Source: a virus (taxonomy: Duplodnaviria; Heunggongvirae; Uroviricota; Caudoviricetes). From it: 64,000 nt of DNA. The translations under genes and the position numbers were made by a program. The stretch is taken from IMG/VR virus record IMGVR_UViG_3300008262_000022. One strand, 5' to 3'. How positions within the stretch are numbered: position 1 is the first letter of the stretch; each line of letters starts with the position of its first letter. Below, one piece after another: positions 30,801 through 39,683 of this stretch. The notes beneath the pieces are model-generated. The model was given only the letters and a program-made list of their open reading frames with translations. It ran no database searches and had not been told where the DNA came from.

Positions 30801-31474
30801 TAGAAGACCCAGAAAATGTAACTAAAGTAAATTTTACTAAACTTTTAGAATCAATTAATACTACTGATGAAGTGTTAATAAATGTAGAAACAGGACAAAC
30901 TACAATTAAAGAAACTAATACATCACCTAATCCTACACCTGCACCTAAATCACCAGAACAAGATTTTTGGACATTGGTAGCTATATGTGCTAGAGAGGCA
31001 AGAGGAGATGCTCAAGGACAAGCAGATGTAGCTCAATCTATATACAATAGATTAGGCTCTAAAGCATACCAGAAAAATTCAATAACCGGTTTAATAACTA
31101 AGAGAGGCGAATACTCACCTACTTGGGAATATCCAAAAGGTCCTGAACGTGGTATTAATAATCCTAATTGGGCTTGGTCTAATATAACAAATGCTACAAC
31201 AGCAGCTGCTGCAACTGGGTTACCTGGCGATGAATTATTCCAAGTAGCTAGAAATTTACAAAGAACAGATTTACAACAACAAGCAGCTGAATTTGTTCAA
31301 GGTAGAACTGATTTCTTTGGAGTAGGTCAACCTGCTGAGGCAATGACTAAAAATGGTTCTAGAAAACAAAGAAATAGAAACAGTAATCAGTTTGGATTTT
31401 CATTTAATTACACTAAAAATGTAACATATCCTGTTCCTGATTTTGTAAATAAAATAAAATTAGTTTACCAATAA
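27893..31474 (+). CDS. Baseplate hub protein with C-terminal SleB-like cell wall hydrolase domain
   Basis: N-terminal P.PGIT.I.I......GS.R.ATV.F.CW hub motif; C-terminal LVAIC.REA.G..QG.ADVAQSI.NR...GEYSP. Confidence 0.65.
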   Translation: MSIFKDTFTEKVRNQLKTRGNAFLKRTSNDIIYINGRTAWVRMVSGVDVGGDSTLAKENILQGGLLQSNGKSLRQGVGSNFTTNAYSNTTNGINNLYGLRPMPGITNIDIQSKSAYGSVRVATVTFNCWDIRQLETLELLYMRPGFPVLLEWGWLPYLDNNGNIVTNLKNGFYDIFTSKISPKTGKPISLHERLIEVYNKSQENDANYEGMLGYIKNYSWSLRPDGGYDCTTELISTGEVLESLKVNYSVNYIAPTTLENGLIFTEKSSGTSLTDKNKYGKYIAKFYQNNILAGAAAEAIFTAYTERDQKKRTDDDLNKGFSYSIFDTNGTITGDKGHKIDMFVFKFMSVDTQDSDPDLVNGIDPTIQVYMDLNSLTKIISKHVIPTNPENGDPLIPLTTRSREYTPGINPDLYCLYHPLQISMDPRVCLIKNDLFKKAISINPEYNSPTTVWNISNLSSNEQGFALFTKSFISIFIDSINNLRDDDESKIIYIQSAIKNLKERASTYGITNEKTIGRFLANAWEEYKLKNVDINIGAGTNQVTYINYLRALNNTNINEDENNFINRVTGIDFVNFIKQRLGLIQSTQEKNIISSLGPDYSLIYIPDNNIALSSQDAIKAIISNLKENITRQNIKFEGIEFLNRLPKEFRTSLNGKSLGNIGNIFINLLNVINLATNGDLEANDVKEKQEINLYDFIKKLMGQVQSAIGNLNNFDIHTDPIDGIGRIIDINYVDEKQTTEAYNTAFTFISQPDEVGIPIFNGLVNNVRSYKFNSKIFKEQSSIVAISAQNGGGVMGLDNETLVGFQTGLTNRLAPNTKPASAPYIQSQGTQIIGTLSQSLVLLQTFLEDINWIPKDWWWDKERTYDIENSEKYKNALRDMIKAFVAFSKDDASFKAIIPTTVSLELDGIGGIIIGHIFRLPDEIIPAGYKGDIINSNKIGRKLGYIVTRLGHKLSNSDWVTSIEAQTIILEDPENVTKVNFTKLLESINTTDEVLINVETGQTTIKETNTSPNPTPAPKSPEQDFWTLVAICAREARGDAQGQADVAQSIYNRLGSKAYQKNSITGLITKRGEYSPTWEYPKGPERGINNPNWAWSNITNATTAAAATGLPGDELFQVARNLQRTDLQQQAAEFVQGRTDFFGVGQPAEAMTKNGSRKQRNRNSNQFGFSFNYTKNVTYPVPDFVNKIKLVYQ

Positions 31475-31475
31475 T

Positions 31476-31964
31476 ATGAGATATCCTAAAAATCAGTTAA
31501 AAGAAAATTTATATACACCGGGAGGAGAGTTTATTGATACTTCTAATAATAGGGTATATAGTGGATATTATTGGGAAATCAATGGAAGATATTTTATTGG
31601 AAAAACAGCTTCAAACAATGCTGTTGAACTTAAAAAAACAAGTCCTGAAGAAATACAAAAAACCCAACTAAATAGAACTGAAGGAATAAATTATGTCTCT
31701 AAAGGGACAGTAATATCTTCTAATACTAAAGTATCAGGCATTCCATTAAACACCAGTACTTCAAATATCCGTTATTTTTCAAAACAAATTAATTTAGTGC
31801 CTACAATTATAAAAGAAATAAGTAAAGACACATTTGATATGATTAAAAATAATGCTATATATCAAACAATATCGTTAGAAGCAGATTTAATATATCTTAA
31901 TTCTCCTACCTTAGATGTAGCTGAAAAGAATTTTTCTGGTATAAAAGCATTTTTAGGTTTTTAG
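31476..31964 (+). CDS. Hypothetical protein
   Basis: 162 aa, coupled to the hub gene. Confidence 0.6.
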   Translation: MRYPKNQLKENLYTPGGEFIDTSNNRVYSGYYWEINGRYFIGKTASNNAVELKKTSPEEIQKTQLNRTEGINYVSKGTVISSNTKVSGIPLNTSTSNIRYFSKQINLVPTIIKEISKDTFDMIKNNAIYQTISLEADLIYLNSPTLDVAEKNFSGIKAFLGF

Positions 31965-32005
31965 GCAAAAAAATCTTATTACATTTACAAAAATAAAGGT
32001 TATAT

Positions 32006-33307
32006 ATGGCATTTTACATTATTGAACGGGAGAATCAATTAGAAAAACTAGGTCCTTTTGGGGATTGTTTCATTGATTTTATCCAACAAAATAATAATTT
32101 TCATCCTAAACTAAGTTCACTAAGTCTAATATATATTAGACCACTAAATGATCATAAAGGATATATTCTATGTTTAGATCATAGTGAATCTTTTTCATTA
32201 GATAAACAAAACGTTTTTGATTGGATCAATAATAATACTAAAAGATTGTTTGTTCCTGATAAAAAAAAGGCATTATATTATTTTCCGTACTTTAGTAAGT
32301 TATATGATATTAATTTTATTGAAATTATAGCAACAGATAGAATACCTACTAATAATTGTGTTGAATGGTATTACAGAAAACATTATGCTTTGCCTAATGT
32401 AAATTGTTTAATTCCCTTAAGTAAGCATTATGAGGATAAACAAAATCTATTTGATTTAGTACAACCTATAATTAACTCATTTAAAGAAGACGAAATATAC
32501 AGATTTAATAATAATCAAACTACAAAAGTATTTTTTGAAATTGAAAAAACAGGAATAAAAATAGATAAAAACTGTTTTATTGATTGTTATGGTAATGATT
32601 TAAAGAACCCTGAATTTAGTGTATCTAAAGGTAGAATATATTCTCATTATAATCTGTACACAACTACAGGCAGACCTTCAAACTCATATAATCATATTAA
32701 CTTCGTTGCATTAAATAAAACTAATGGCGAGCGATTGTGTTATAGACCGTCAAACGATATGTTCGTTGAATTTGATTTTCAGGGTTATCACCCACGATTA
32801 ATAGGTGAATTAATTAACTTTAAATTTCCTGAAGATACAAACACATATAACTATTTAGGAGAGATACTAGGAGTAACTACAGATGAAGCAAAAGAATTAA
32901 CATTCAAACAAACCTATGGTGGAGTATGGAGTGAATATGCTAATAAACCGTTTTTTAAAGAAATAGCAATCCTTATTGATGATATATGGGACGAATTCAA
33001 TTATGGTAAACGTTACTGTACTAAAAATAGAGTATTTGTTCCTAATGGTGAAAGTTTATCTCAAACCAAACTATTTAATTACATAATACAGAGCATGGAA
33101 ACATCACATAATATAGAAATGTTAAGCGAGGTTATAAAGTATTTACAAGATAAAAAGACCAAATTAGTATTATATACTTACGACGCATTTCTATTTGATT
33201 TCAGTAAAGAAGATGGGAAAGAAGTGCTTTTTGAAATAAACAAAATATTAAAGTACCCAACAAATATTAAAAAAGGCAAAACATATCATAATTTACAAAA
33301 AATATAA
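32006..33307 (+). CDS. Divergent family A DNA polymerase-like protein
   Basis: YNLYTTTGRPSN; motif A EFDFQGYHPRL; motif B AKELTFKQTYGG; motif C YTYDAFLFD. Confidence 0.7.
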   Translation: MAFYIIERENQLEKLGPFGDCFIDFIQQNNNFHPKLSSLSLIYIRPLNDHKGYILCLDHSESFSLDKQNVFDWINNNTKRLFVPDKKKALYYFPYFSKLYDINFIEIIATDRIPTNNCVEWYYRKHYALPNVNCLIPLSKHYEDKQNLFDLVQPIINSFKEDEIYRFNNNQTTKVFFEIEKTGIKIDKNCFIDCYGNDLKNPEFSVSKGRIYSHYNLYTTTGRPSNSYNHINFVALNKTNGERLCYRPSNDMFVEFDFQGYHPRLIGELINFKFPEDTNTYNYLGEILGVTTDEAKELTFKQTYGGVWSEYANKPFFKEIAILIDDIWDEFNYGKRYCTKNRVFVPNGESLSQTKLFNYIIQSMETSHNIEMLSEVIKYLQDKKTKLVLYTYDAFLFDFSKEDGKEVLFEINKILKYPTNIKKGKTYHNLQKI

Positions 33308-33308
33308 C

Positions 33309-33761
33309 ATGAAATATTCATTTATTGACGACCCGAATATATTTATTGATAATGCATGGACATCAATAGATATGGGACAAAAATTATTTTGCACATTTAC
33401 TTTACATGGTGATTTAGATAAAACATTAGATAAAATAACAGAACAGTATACTATTTTGTATGATAAAATCTTTGTTTTAGAGTCTCCACAGAGTGAGGAA
33501 TTAATGTGCACTTACAATATAGATACACACAATACAAACGGGGCTCCTATGCCTCATACTATATTATTACATCGTAAAAAAGAAAGTAATACATTATATA
33601 CAATCAACGCGTTAAATACTTTAATAAAATTATTAAATGCTGGTGTATTAGATACTACTTATATGATAAATTGGGCAGATTACCGCAATAGTATATTATT
33701 AACTAACGGGTCTGAAATACGTAAATTAGAGACTACTATTCACACTATAATAAATCTTTAA
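33309..33761 (+). CDS. Conserved phage hypothetical protein
   Basis: 150 aa; HRKKESNTLYTINALN motif. Confidence 0.6.
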   Translation: MKYSFIDDPNIFIDNAWTSIDMGQKLFCTFTLHGDLDKTLDKITEQYTILYDKIFVLESPQSEELMCTYNIDTHNTNGAPMPHTILLHRKKESNTLYTINALNTLIKLLNAGVLDTTYMINWADYRNSILLTNGSEIRKLETTIHTIINL

Positions 33762-33764
33762 AAC

Positions 33765-34124
33765 ATGAAATTAATCAAAGAAGCCAAACGATTCCAGGAA
33801 TTGGCAGGTATAAATGAAGTAAAAATTGAGCCTGATATTCGTATTAAAAGCTACGAAGACTTTGTAAAATTATTTAACAGAACCTTTTCTAAGTATGTAA
33901 AACCATTAACAATAGAAGATATAAAATCTGAACAATCAGAAAGAGAAGAAGGAGAAACATATATGCTTAGTCTAGATAAGATAGATATGGATATAGATGT
34001 TGATAAACTTGAAGATATATTTAATAAAACTTTTTCTAAGCATAATATTGAATTAGCAGAAATAGAGGATGCTGGTGATTATTTTATATTTTATATAGAA
34101 CCTATAAATTTTAAAATAACATGA
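33765..34124 (+). CDS. Acidic hypothetical protein with LIKEAKRFQELAGINE leader
   Basis: The leader is shared with the next ORF. Confidence 0.65.
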   Translation: MKLIKEAKRFQELAGINEVKIEPDIRIKSYEDFVKLFNRTFSKYVKPLTIEDIKSEQSEREEGETYMLSLDKIDMDIDVDKLEDIFNKTFSKHNIELAEIEDAGDYFIFYIEPINFKIT

Positions 34125-34498
34125 CAGAATTAATTAAAGAAGCCAAACGACTCCAGGAATTAGCAGGAATAAACGAGATAAAGATTCAATCTAATGATAA
34201 TAGAAAAGCATTAGGGACAGTGTTTTATGAAAATCCTAATCCTGAAGAAGCAGAGAAATATGGTTATTTATATGTTTGGGACGATGAATTTGTAGAGCAA
34301 TTAGCTAAGGATTTAGGCTTTGAAGACTACGAAGATGCAGCAAGTGAATTTACGGCATATTATGACCCAGGTACTAAAGAAAATATACATTTTCTAGAGA
34401 AGGTTTTAGGACTTAAAAATTTGACTATAGATAAACTTACTGTAGAGATGTATAAACAAGCTATGTTACGTTCACTAAAAAAGATAAATATTCGTTAG
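34121..34498 (+). CDS. Acidic hypothetical protein with LIKEAKRLQELAGINE leader
   Basis: The leader is shared with the previous ORF. Confidence 0.65.
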   Translation: MTELIKEAKRLQELAGINEIKIQSNDNRKALGTVFYENPNPEEAEKYGYLYVWDDEFVEQLAKDLGFEDYEDAASEFTAYYDPGTKENIHFLEKVLGLKNLTIDKLTVEMYKQAMLRSLKKINIR

Positions 34499-34504
34499 AA
34501 AATA

Positions 34505-34536
34505 TTTGGAAGACCAAAATAAAAGTTTTATATTTA
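34505..34536 (+). promoter_or_regulatory. Bacteroidota-type promoter
   Basis: TTTG-N20-TATATTTA upstream of the SSB gene. Confidence 0.6.
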
Positions 34537-34552
34537 TACAAAATAATAAGTT

Positions 34553-35392
34553 ATGGATTTATCATTAATTAAACAGAAGCTTGCCGCTTCTCAAAACAAA
34601 GGCAAACCGAAAGAAAAAACTGATTACACGAAAATTTTCTGGAAACCAAAGCCAGGTAAGTACCAAGTACGTATTTTACCTTCTAAGTTCGACAAATCTA
34701 ATCCATTCCGTGAAGTTTACTTCCATTATGGTTTTTCAAGAGGCCCAATTTTAGCATTAGTAAATTGGAATGAAAAAGATCCTATTGTTGAATTTGCAAA
34801 ACAATTACGCAAATCCTCAGACAAAGATGATTGGCAATTAGCTAAAAAAGTTGAACCAAAATTACGTTATTTCGCACCAGTATTAGTACGTGGTGAGGAA
34901 GACAAAGGTGCTCGCTTATGGGAATTTGGTAAATTAACTTATGAGCAATTGTTAGGTATTGCTGCTGATGAAGACTATGGTGACTACACAGACATCACTG
35001 AAGGACGTGATTTCACTATTGAAGCTGTTGAAGATACTGTTGCTGGTAGAAAAAGTGTAAAATGTTCTATCCGTCCTAAAGTTAAGTCATCACCTATTTC
35101 AGAAGATGCTGCTTTAGTACAAAAAGTATTAGACGAACAGCCTGATATTTTAACCGTTAATAAACATCATACATTTGAAGAATTACAAGAAATTCTTAAC
35201 AAGTGGTTAAACCCAGAAGAAACAGCTGAAGAAACTGAAACTCCTGTAGCATCAGCTACTGAAGAAGAGGATGAAGAAGAAACATCTGATTTACCATGGG
35301 AAAAAGGTACATCAACTGCTAGTACCTATAAAGTAGATGCACCTGCAAAAACTAGCAATGCAGATAAATTTGATAGTTTATTTAACGACTAA
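34553..35392 (+). CDS. Single-stranded DNA-binding protein, gp32-like
   Basis: FWKP..G...VRILP, LW.FGK..Y, D.TD...GRDF; acidic C-terminal tail ending FDSLFND. Confidence 0.8.
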   Translation: MDLSLIKQKLAASQNKGKPKEKTDYTKIFWKPKPGKYQVRILPSKFDKSNPFREVYFHYGFSRGPILALVNWNEKDPIVEFAKQLRKSSDKDDWQLAKKVEPKLRYFAPVLVRGEEDKGARLWEFGKLTYEQLLGIAADEDYGDYTDITEGRDFTIEAVEDTVAGRKSVKCSIRPKVKSSPISEDAALVQKVLDEQPDILTVNKHHTFEELQEILNKWLNPEETAEETETPVASATEEEDEEETSDLPWEKGTSTASTYKVDAPAKTSNADKFDSLFND

Positions 35393-35397
35393 AATAT

Positions 35398-36489
35398 ATG
35401 GCCAAAAAAGACAGTTTAACGACTGCTATATCAGACGGTTTGAAAAAGCCGTTTGATATAGAGGCGTTTAAAAAATCAAAATACTTAGATCAATCATCTA
35501 AGTTCAAAAAACAAAGATGGATTCCATTTTCACCAGCAGTTAAAGATGCTCTTTCTATTCCTGGTGTTCCTATGGGGCATGTTTATATAGCTCGTGGAGG
35601 ATCAGATACAGGAAAAACTACATTATTGATTGAGACAGCTGTAGCAGCTCAAAAAATGGGAATATTACCTGTATTCATTATTACTGAGATGAAATGGGAT
35701 TTTTCTCATGCTAAAATGATGGGATTAGAATTAGAGGAAGTAGTAGATGAAGAAACAGGTGAGGTAAACTACAAAGGATTTTTCTTATATGTAGATAGAG
35801 CATCATTAAATACAATTGAAGATGTAGCTGGATTTATTGCTGACATTCTAAACGAGCAAAAACAAGGAAAATTACCATATGATTTATTATTCTTATGGGA
35901 CTCAGTTGGTTCTATTCCCTGTGAAATGAGTGTTAAGCAAGGTAATAACAATCCTATGTGGAACGCAGGTGCCATGGCAACTCAATTTGGTAATTTTATT
36001 AACCAACAGTTTCCTCTATCACGTAAAGAGAATTATCCATACACTAATACATTCTTTGTTATTAATAAAACAGGGGTACAACCTGCTTTAACACCAATGA
36101 GCCAACCTAAAATGACTAACAAAGGAGGTAATGCTATGTATTGGGATGCTACAATTGTTACTACATTTGGTAACGTAACTAATAGTGGTACATCTAAGAT
36201 ATTTGCCCAACATAAGGGTAAAAAAGTAGAGTTTGCTAAACGTACTAAAATAGCAATTGATAAAATCCATGCTGATTGTGGTATTGCAACTTCCACTACA
36301 GTAATTGTAACTCCTCATGGTTTTATCCCTGATACTAAAGAGGCAGAAAAAGAATATAAAAGACTTCATGCTCACGAATGGTTTGGTGAAAAAGTAGATA
36401 TTGAAAAACTTCAAATAATTGAAGATAGCTCAGAATGGGAAGAAAGTAGTAGAATATCACCAATGATCGAAGTAGACAATGAAGAATAA
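35398..36489 (+). CDS. RecA/UvsX-like recombinase
   Basis: Walker A GGSDTGKT, Walker B LFLWDS, KGGNAM. Confidence 0.85.
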   Translation: MAKKDSLTTAISDGLKKPFDIEAFKKSKYLDQSSKFKKQRWIPFSPAVKDALSIPGVPMGHVYIARGGSDTGKTTLLIETAVAAQKMGILPVFIITEMKWDFSHAKMMGLELEEVVDEETGEVNYKGFFLYVDRASLNTIEDVAGFIADILNEQKQGKLPYDLLFLWDSVGSIPCEMSVKQGNNNPMWNAGAMATQFGNFINQQFPLSRKENYPYTNTFFVINKTGVQPALTPMSQPKMTNKGGNAMYWDATIVTTFGNVTNSGTSKIFAQHKGKKVEFAKRTKIAIDKIHADCGIATSTTVIVTPHGFIPDTKEAEKEYKRLHAHEWFGEKVDIEKLQIIEDSSEWEESSRISPMIEVDNEE

Positions 36490-37501
36490 GTATGCTCAAC
36501 TTTTAGCAAATATAAACAATAATCCTCGTAATGCTCAAGATTCAATTTTAATAATTGATGGTTTAAATACTTTCTTGAGAAGTTTTACAATGATAAACCA
36601 CATAAATCCAGACGGAGCCCACATAGGTGGGCTCACTGGGTTTTTAAAATCATTGGGTTATGCTATTAAAACGATAGATCCTACTAAGGTAATTATCGTA
36701 TTTGATGGAATAGGAGGTTCTAACAACAAACGTAACTTATACCCTGAATATAAGGCTAATAGAAATAAAAGTCGTATGACTAATTATTCTATATTTAGTA
36801 GTAAGGAAGAAGAAACTGAAGCTATAACAAACCAGGTTAGTAGATTAATACAGTATCTTAAATGTTTACCTGTTACTATAATTTGTATAGATGGTATTGA
36901 GGCCGACGATGTTATTGGTTATCTCGCGGTAAAATTCGAGAATTTCGCGCTAACTAAGGAAGTCACCATCATGTCTGCTGACAAAGATTTCTTACAATTA
37001 ACAAGCGATAAAACACGAGTTTATTCGCCTATTAAAAAGAAAATATACAAACCTGAAGATGTAAAGGCTGAATATGATATTAACCATTTGAATTTTATTA
37101 ATTATAAAATATTAATGGGAGATACATCAGATAATCTACCAGGTGTACCTGGTTTGGGCCCTAAAAAGTTACTTAAATTATTTCCTATTTTAAATGAAAA
37201 CAGAAAAGTTAGTTTACAGGAAATTATAGAATACTCAGCAAACAGAGTTAATGAACATGCTTTATATTCATCTGTTGTAGAAAGATCTTATCAGTTAGAT
37301 ATAAATAGACAACTAATGGATTTACATACTGTTCCATTATCTGATGAAAATAAAAAAGAAATACAACAAAATTTTAATAACCAGTATTCATTAAATAAAC
37401 ATGTTTTTATGCAAATGTATTTGGCAGATCATTTAGGAGAAAGTATACCTAATGTATCAAATTGGCTTAATCAAGTTTTTGGAGGGTTAGAAAATTTTTA
37501 G
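36479..37501 (+). CDS. 5'-3' exonuclease / flap endonuclease (T4 RNase H-like)
   Basis: IIDGLN, VFDG, YKANR, EADD.IG, SADKD, GD.SDN.PGV.G.G.K. Confidence 0.9.
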   Translation: MKNKYAQLLANINNNPRNAQDSILIIDGLNTFLRSFTMINHINPDGAHIGGLTGFLKSLGYAIKTIDPTKVIIVFDGIGGSNNKRNLYPEYKANRNKSRMTNYSIFSSKEEETEAITNQVSRLIQYLKCLPVTIICIDGIEADDVIGYLAVKFENFALTKEVTIMSADKDFLQLTSDKTRVYSPIKKKIYKPEDVKAEYDINHLNFINYKILMGDTSDNLPGVPGLGPKKLLKLFPILNENRKVSLQEIIEYSANRVNEHALYSSVVERSYQLDINRQLMDLHTVPLSDENKKEIQQNFNNQYSLNKHVFMQMYLADHLGESIPNVSNWLNQVFGGLENF

Positions 37502-37518
37502 TAAATTTATAAAAGGTT

Positions 37519-38901
37519 ATGGCAACATTAAACAAATTAAATAATTACGGAAACGTATTTCAAGTTAAAGTATTAGGAGCATTATTAACACAACGAGATT
37601 TTTTACTTAACATATCAGATTCATTAGATAGTGAGTATTTTGAGAATCCCTCTCATAAATGGGTTGTTGATTATGTTATTAAATATTTTGAACAATATCA
37701 TACTTATCCAACTGCTGAAACATTATCAATTGAGATAAAAAAGATAGATAATGAAGTATTAAGAATATCACTAGTTGAAGCAATTCGTGAAGCTTATAGA
37801 TTAGCAGATGCTAGTGATTTGGAATGGGTTGAGAGAGAATTTTCTGATTTCTGTCAAAACCAACAGATGAAAAAAGCAATTATGACATCTGTTGATTTAT
37901 TGAATCTAGGTGATTATGATGGTATTAAACAACTAATTAATCGTGCTTTAAAAGCAGGTGAAGATAAAAATATAGGACATCTTTATGAAGCCGATGTTGA
38001 GTCTCGATACAGAGATGATGATAGAAGAGCAATACCATTCCCTTGGCCTGTGTTTAACGACTTAACACAAGGTGGTTACGGTAAAGGTGATTTAGTACTA
38101 TTATTCGGTAATCCAGGTGGTGGTAAGTCTTGGGGTGTTATAGCAATGGGAGCTTATGCTGCTGCTTTAGGATATAACGTAGTACATTACACACTAGAAT
38201 TATCTGAAGGGTATGTAGGAAAAAGATATGATGCTGTATTCTCAGGTATTGATGTAGATAAATTAAAAGATCATCGTGATAAAGTTCAAGAAGCTGTAGA
38301 AAGAGTAAAAGGTAAAATAGTGATCAAAGAATATTCTCCTAAACGAGCATCATTGGATACTATTGAATCCCATATACAACAATTAAAACATCAAAATGAA
38401 TTTGAACCTGATTTAATTATTATTGACTATATTGATTTATTACGCACTAAAGGAAGAAAAGAACGTAAAGATGAAATTGATGATGTTTATACTGAAGTAA
38501 AAGGATTAGCTAAAGAATTAGGAATACCTATTGTATCTCCTTCACAAGCTAATAGAACAGGTGCCGATAAACCTATTCTACAAGGAGAAAACGCAGCTGG
38601 TTCATATGATAAAATTATGATTGGTGATATTATTATATCTCTAGCACGAGGTAGAAAAGATAAAGTTAACGGAACGGGTAATTGGCATTTTATCAAAAAT
38701 AGATACGGAGCAGACGGATTAACTTTTGGTTCTAAGATCAATACGTCTACCGGATATATAGATATATACGATCAACCGTTAGATGACGATGATACACCGG
38801 AACTAAAAGGTAAAAACAAAGCAGTAAATTCGTTCTCAGAAGTGGGGACAGAAGATAAACAAATTTTACGAAGCAAATTCCTTTCTTACAAGGAAGAATG
38901 A
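37519..38901 (+). CDS. Replicative DnaB-like helicase (gp41-like)
   Basis: GNPGGGKS Walker A, TLE, IIIDYIDLL, SQANR, KNRYG. Confidence 0.9.
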   Translation: MATLNKLNNYGNVFQVKVLGALLTQRDFLLNISDSLDSEYFENPSHKWVVDYVIKYFEQYHTYPTAETLSIEIKKIDNEVLRISLVEAIREAYRLADASDLEWVEREFSDFCQNQQMKKAIMTSVDLLNLGDYDGIKQLINRALKAGEDKNIGHLYEADVESRYRDDDRRAIPFPWPVFNDLTQGGYGKGDLVLLFGNPGGGKSWGVIAMGAYAAALGYNVVHYTLELSEGYVGKRYDAVFSGIDVDKLKDHRDKVQEAVERVKGKIVIKEYSPKRASLDTIESHIQQLKHQNEFEPDLIIIDYIDLLRTKGRKERKDEIDDVYTEVKGLAKELGIPIVSPSQANRTGADKPILQGENAAGSYDKIMIGDIIISLARGRKDKVNGTGNWHFIKNRYGADGLTFGSKINTSTGYIDIYDQPLDDDDTPELKGKNKAVNSFSEVGTEDKQILRSKFLSYKEE

Positions 38902-38929
38902 TATTTATAAACCCAAAAACAACAACTAC

Positions 38930-39418
38930 ATGAAATCATATAAATTAAAAGATATAATTTTAGAAGAAATAAAACAGAATAAAGGTAATGGTGATTTTTC
39001 ATGGGTTACTTTAAGGGAAAATGAGTTATTAACTGAATTTAATTATAATATAGAAGATACATATCCTATTACTAATGAACTTCCTTTTAATATTGAATTT
39101 AAAGATGAAAAGGGAAGATTAAACATTACTAAAGGAAAATTAAATAATAACTACATTGAAATAAAGTTATATTGGGTAGATAATTATGGGAAATTAAGAA
39201 TGGATACTCCTGAAGGTATCCTACCAAAAACAATGAATACTCATATGTTTAATATATTAAATAAGTTTTTACCCAATTACGACCAGTTTCTAATTAGACC
39301 TAATGATCCTATAAGATTTAGATTATTCCATTTATTATTGAATAAATACATTGACAAAAGTATATGGGAAGTAATCTCATATGAGGATGAACAAAAAATA
39401 TTAATACATAAATTATGA
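38930..39418 (+). CDS. Hypothetical protein, paralogue of 20203
   Basis: YKLKDIILEE leader; YP...F.D...IE.K.....GK...D.P...I.P.D..R motif shared. Confidence 0.6.
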   Translation: MKSYKLKDIILEEIKQNKGNGDFSWVTLRENELLTEFNYNIEDTYPITNELPFNIEFKDEKGRLNITKGKLNNNYIEIKLYWVDNYGKLRMDTPEGILPKTMNTHMFNILNKFLPNYDQFLIRPNDPIRFRLFHLLLNKYIDKSIWEVISYEDEQKILIHKL

Positions 39419-39675
39419 TTATAGTTAAACGTTATACAGCAACATGGTGCGGACCATGTAAGGCCCTTGCTCCCATTATGAGTGAGATACAGACAGAAAT
39501 AAATGATGTTAGTTTTATTACAATAGATGTAGATCAAAACAGAGAAGCAGCTATGCAAGACAATGTGTCATCAGTACCTACTGTTATAGTAACAAAAAAT
39601 GGCCAAGAAATGCACCGATTTACTGGTGTAAAACCTAAAAATGTTATATTAAATATTATAAACCAATTTAAATAA
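39415..39675 (+). CDS. trx: Thioredoxin
   Basis: WCGPC active site, VPT cis-Pro loop. Confidence 0.92.
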   Translation: MIIVKRYTATWCGPCKALAPIMSEIQTEINDVSFITIDVDQNREAAMQDNVSSVPTVIVTKNGQEMHRFTGVKPKNVILNIINQFK

Positions 39676-39683
39676 AAACAAAC

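Noticed and set aside
31957-31987. Promoter upstream of the PolA-like gene
   Set aside because: TACATTTA is present but there is no TTTG at the 19-21 nt spacing.
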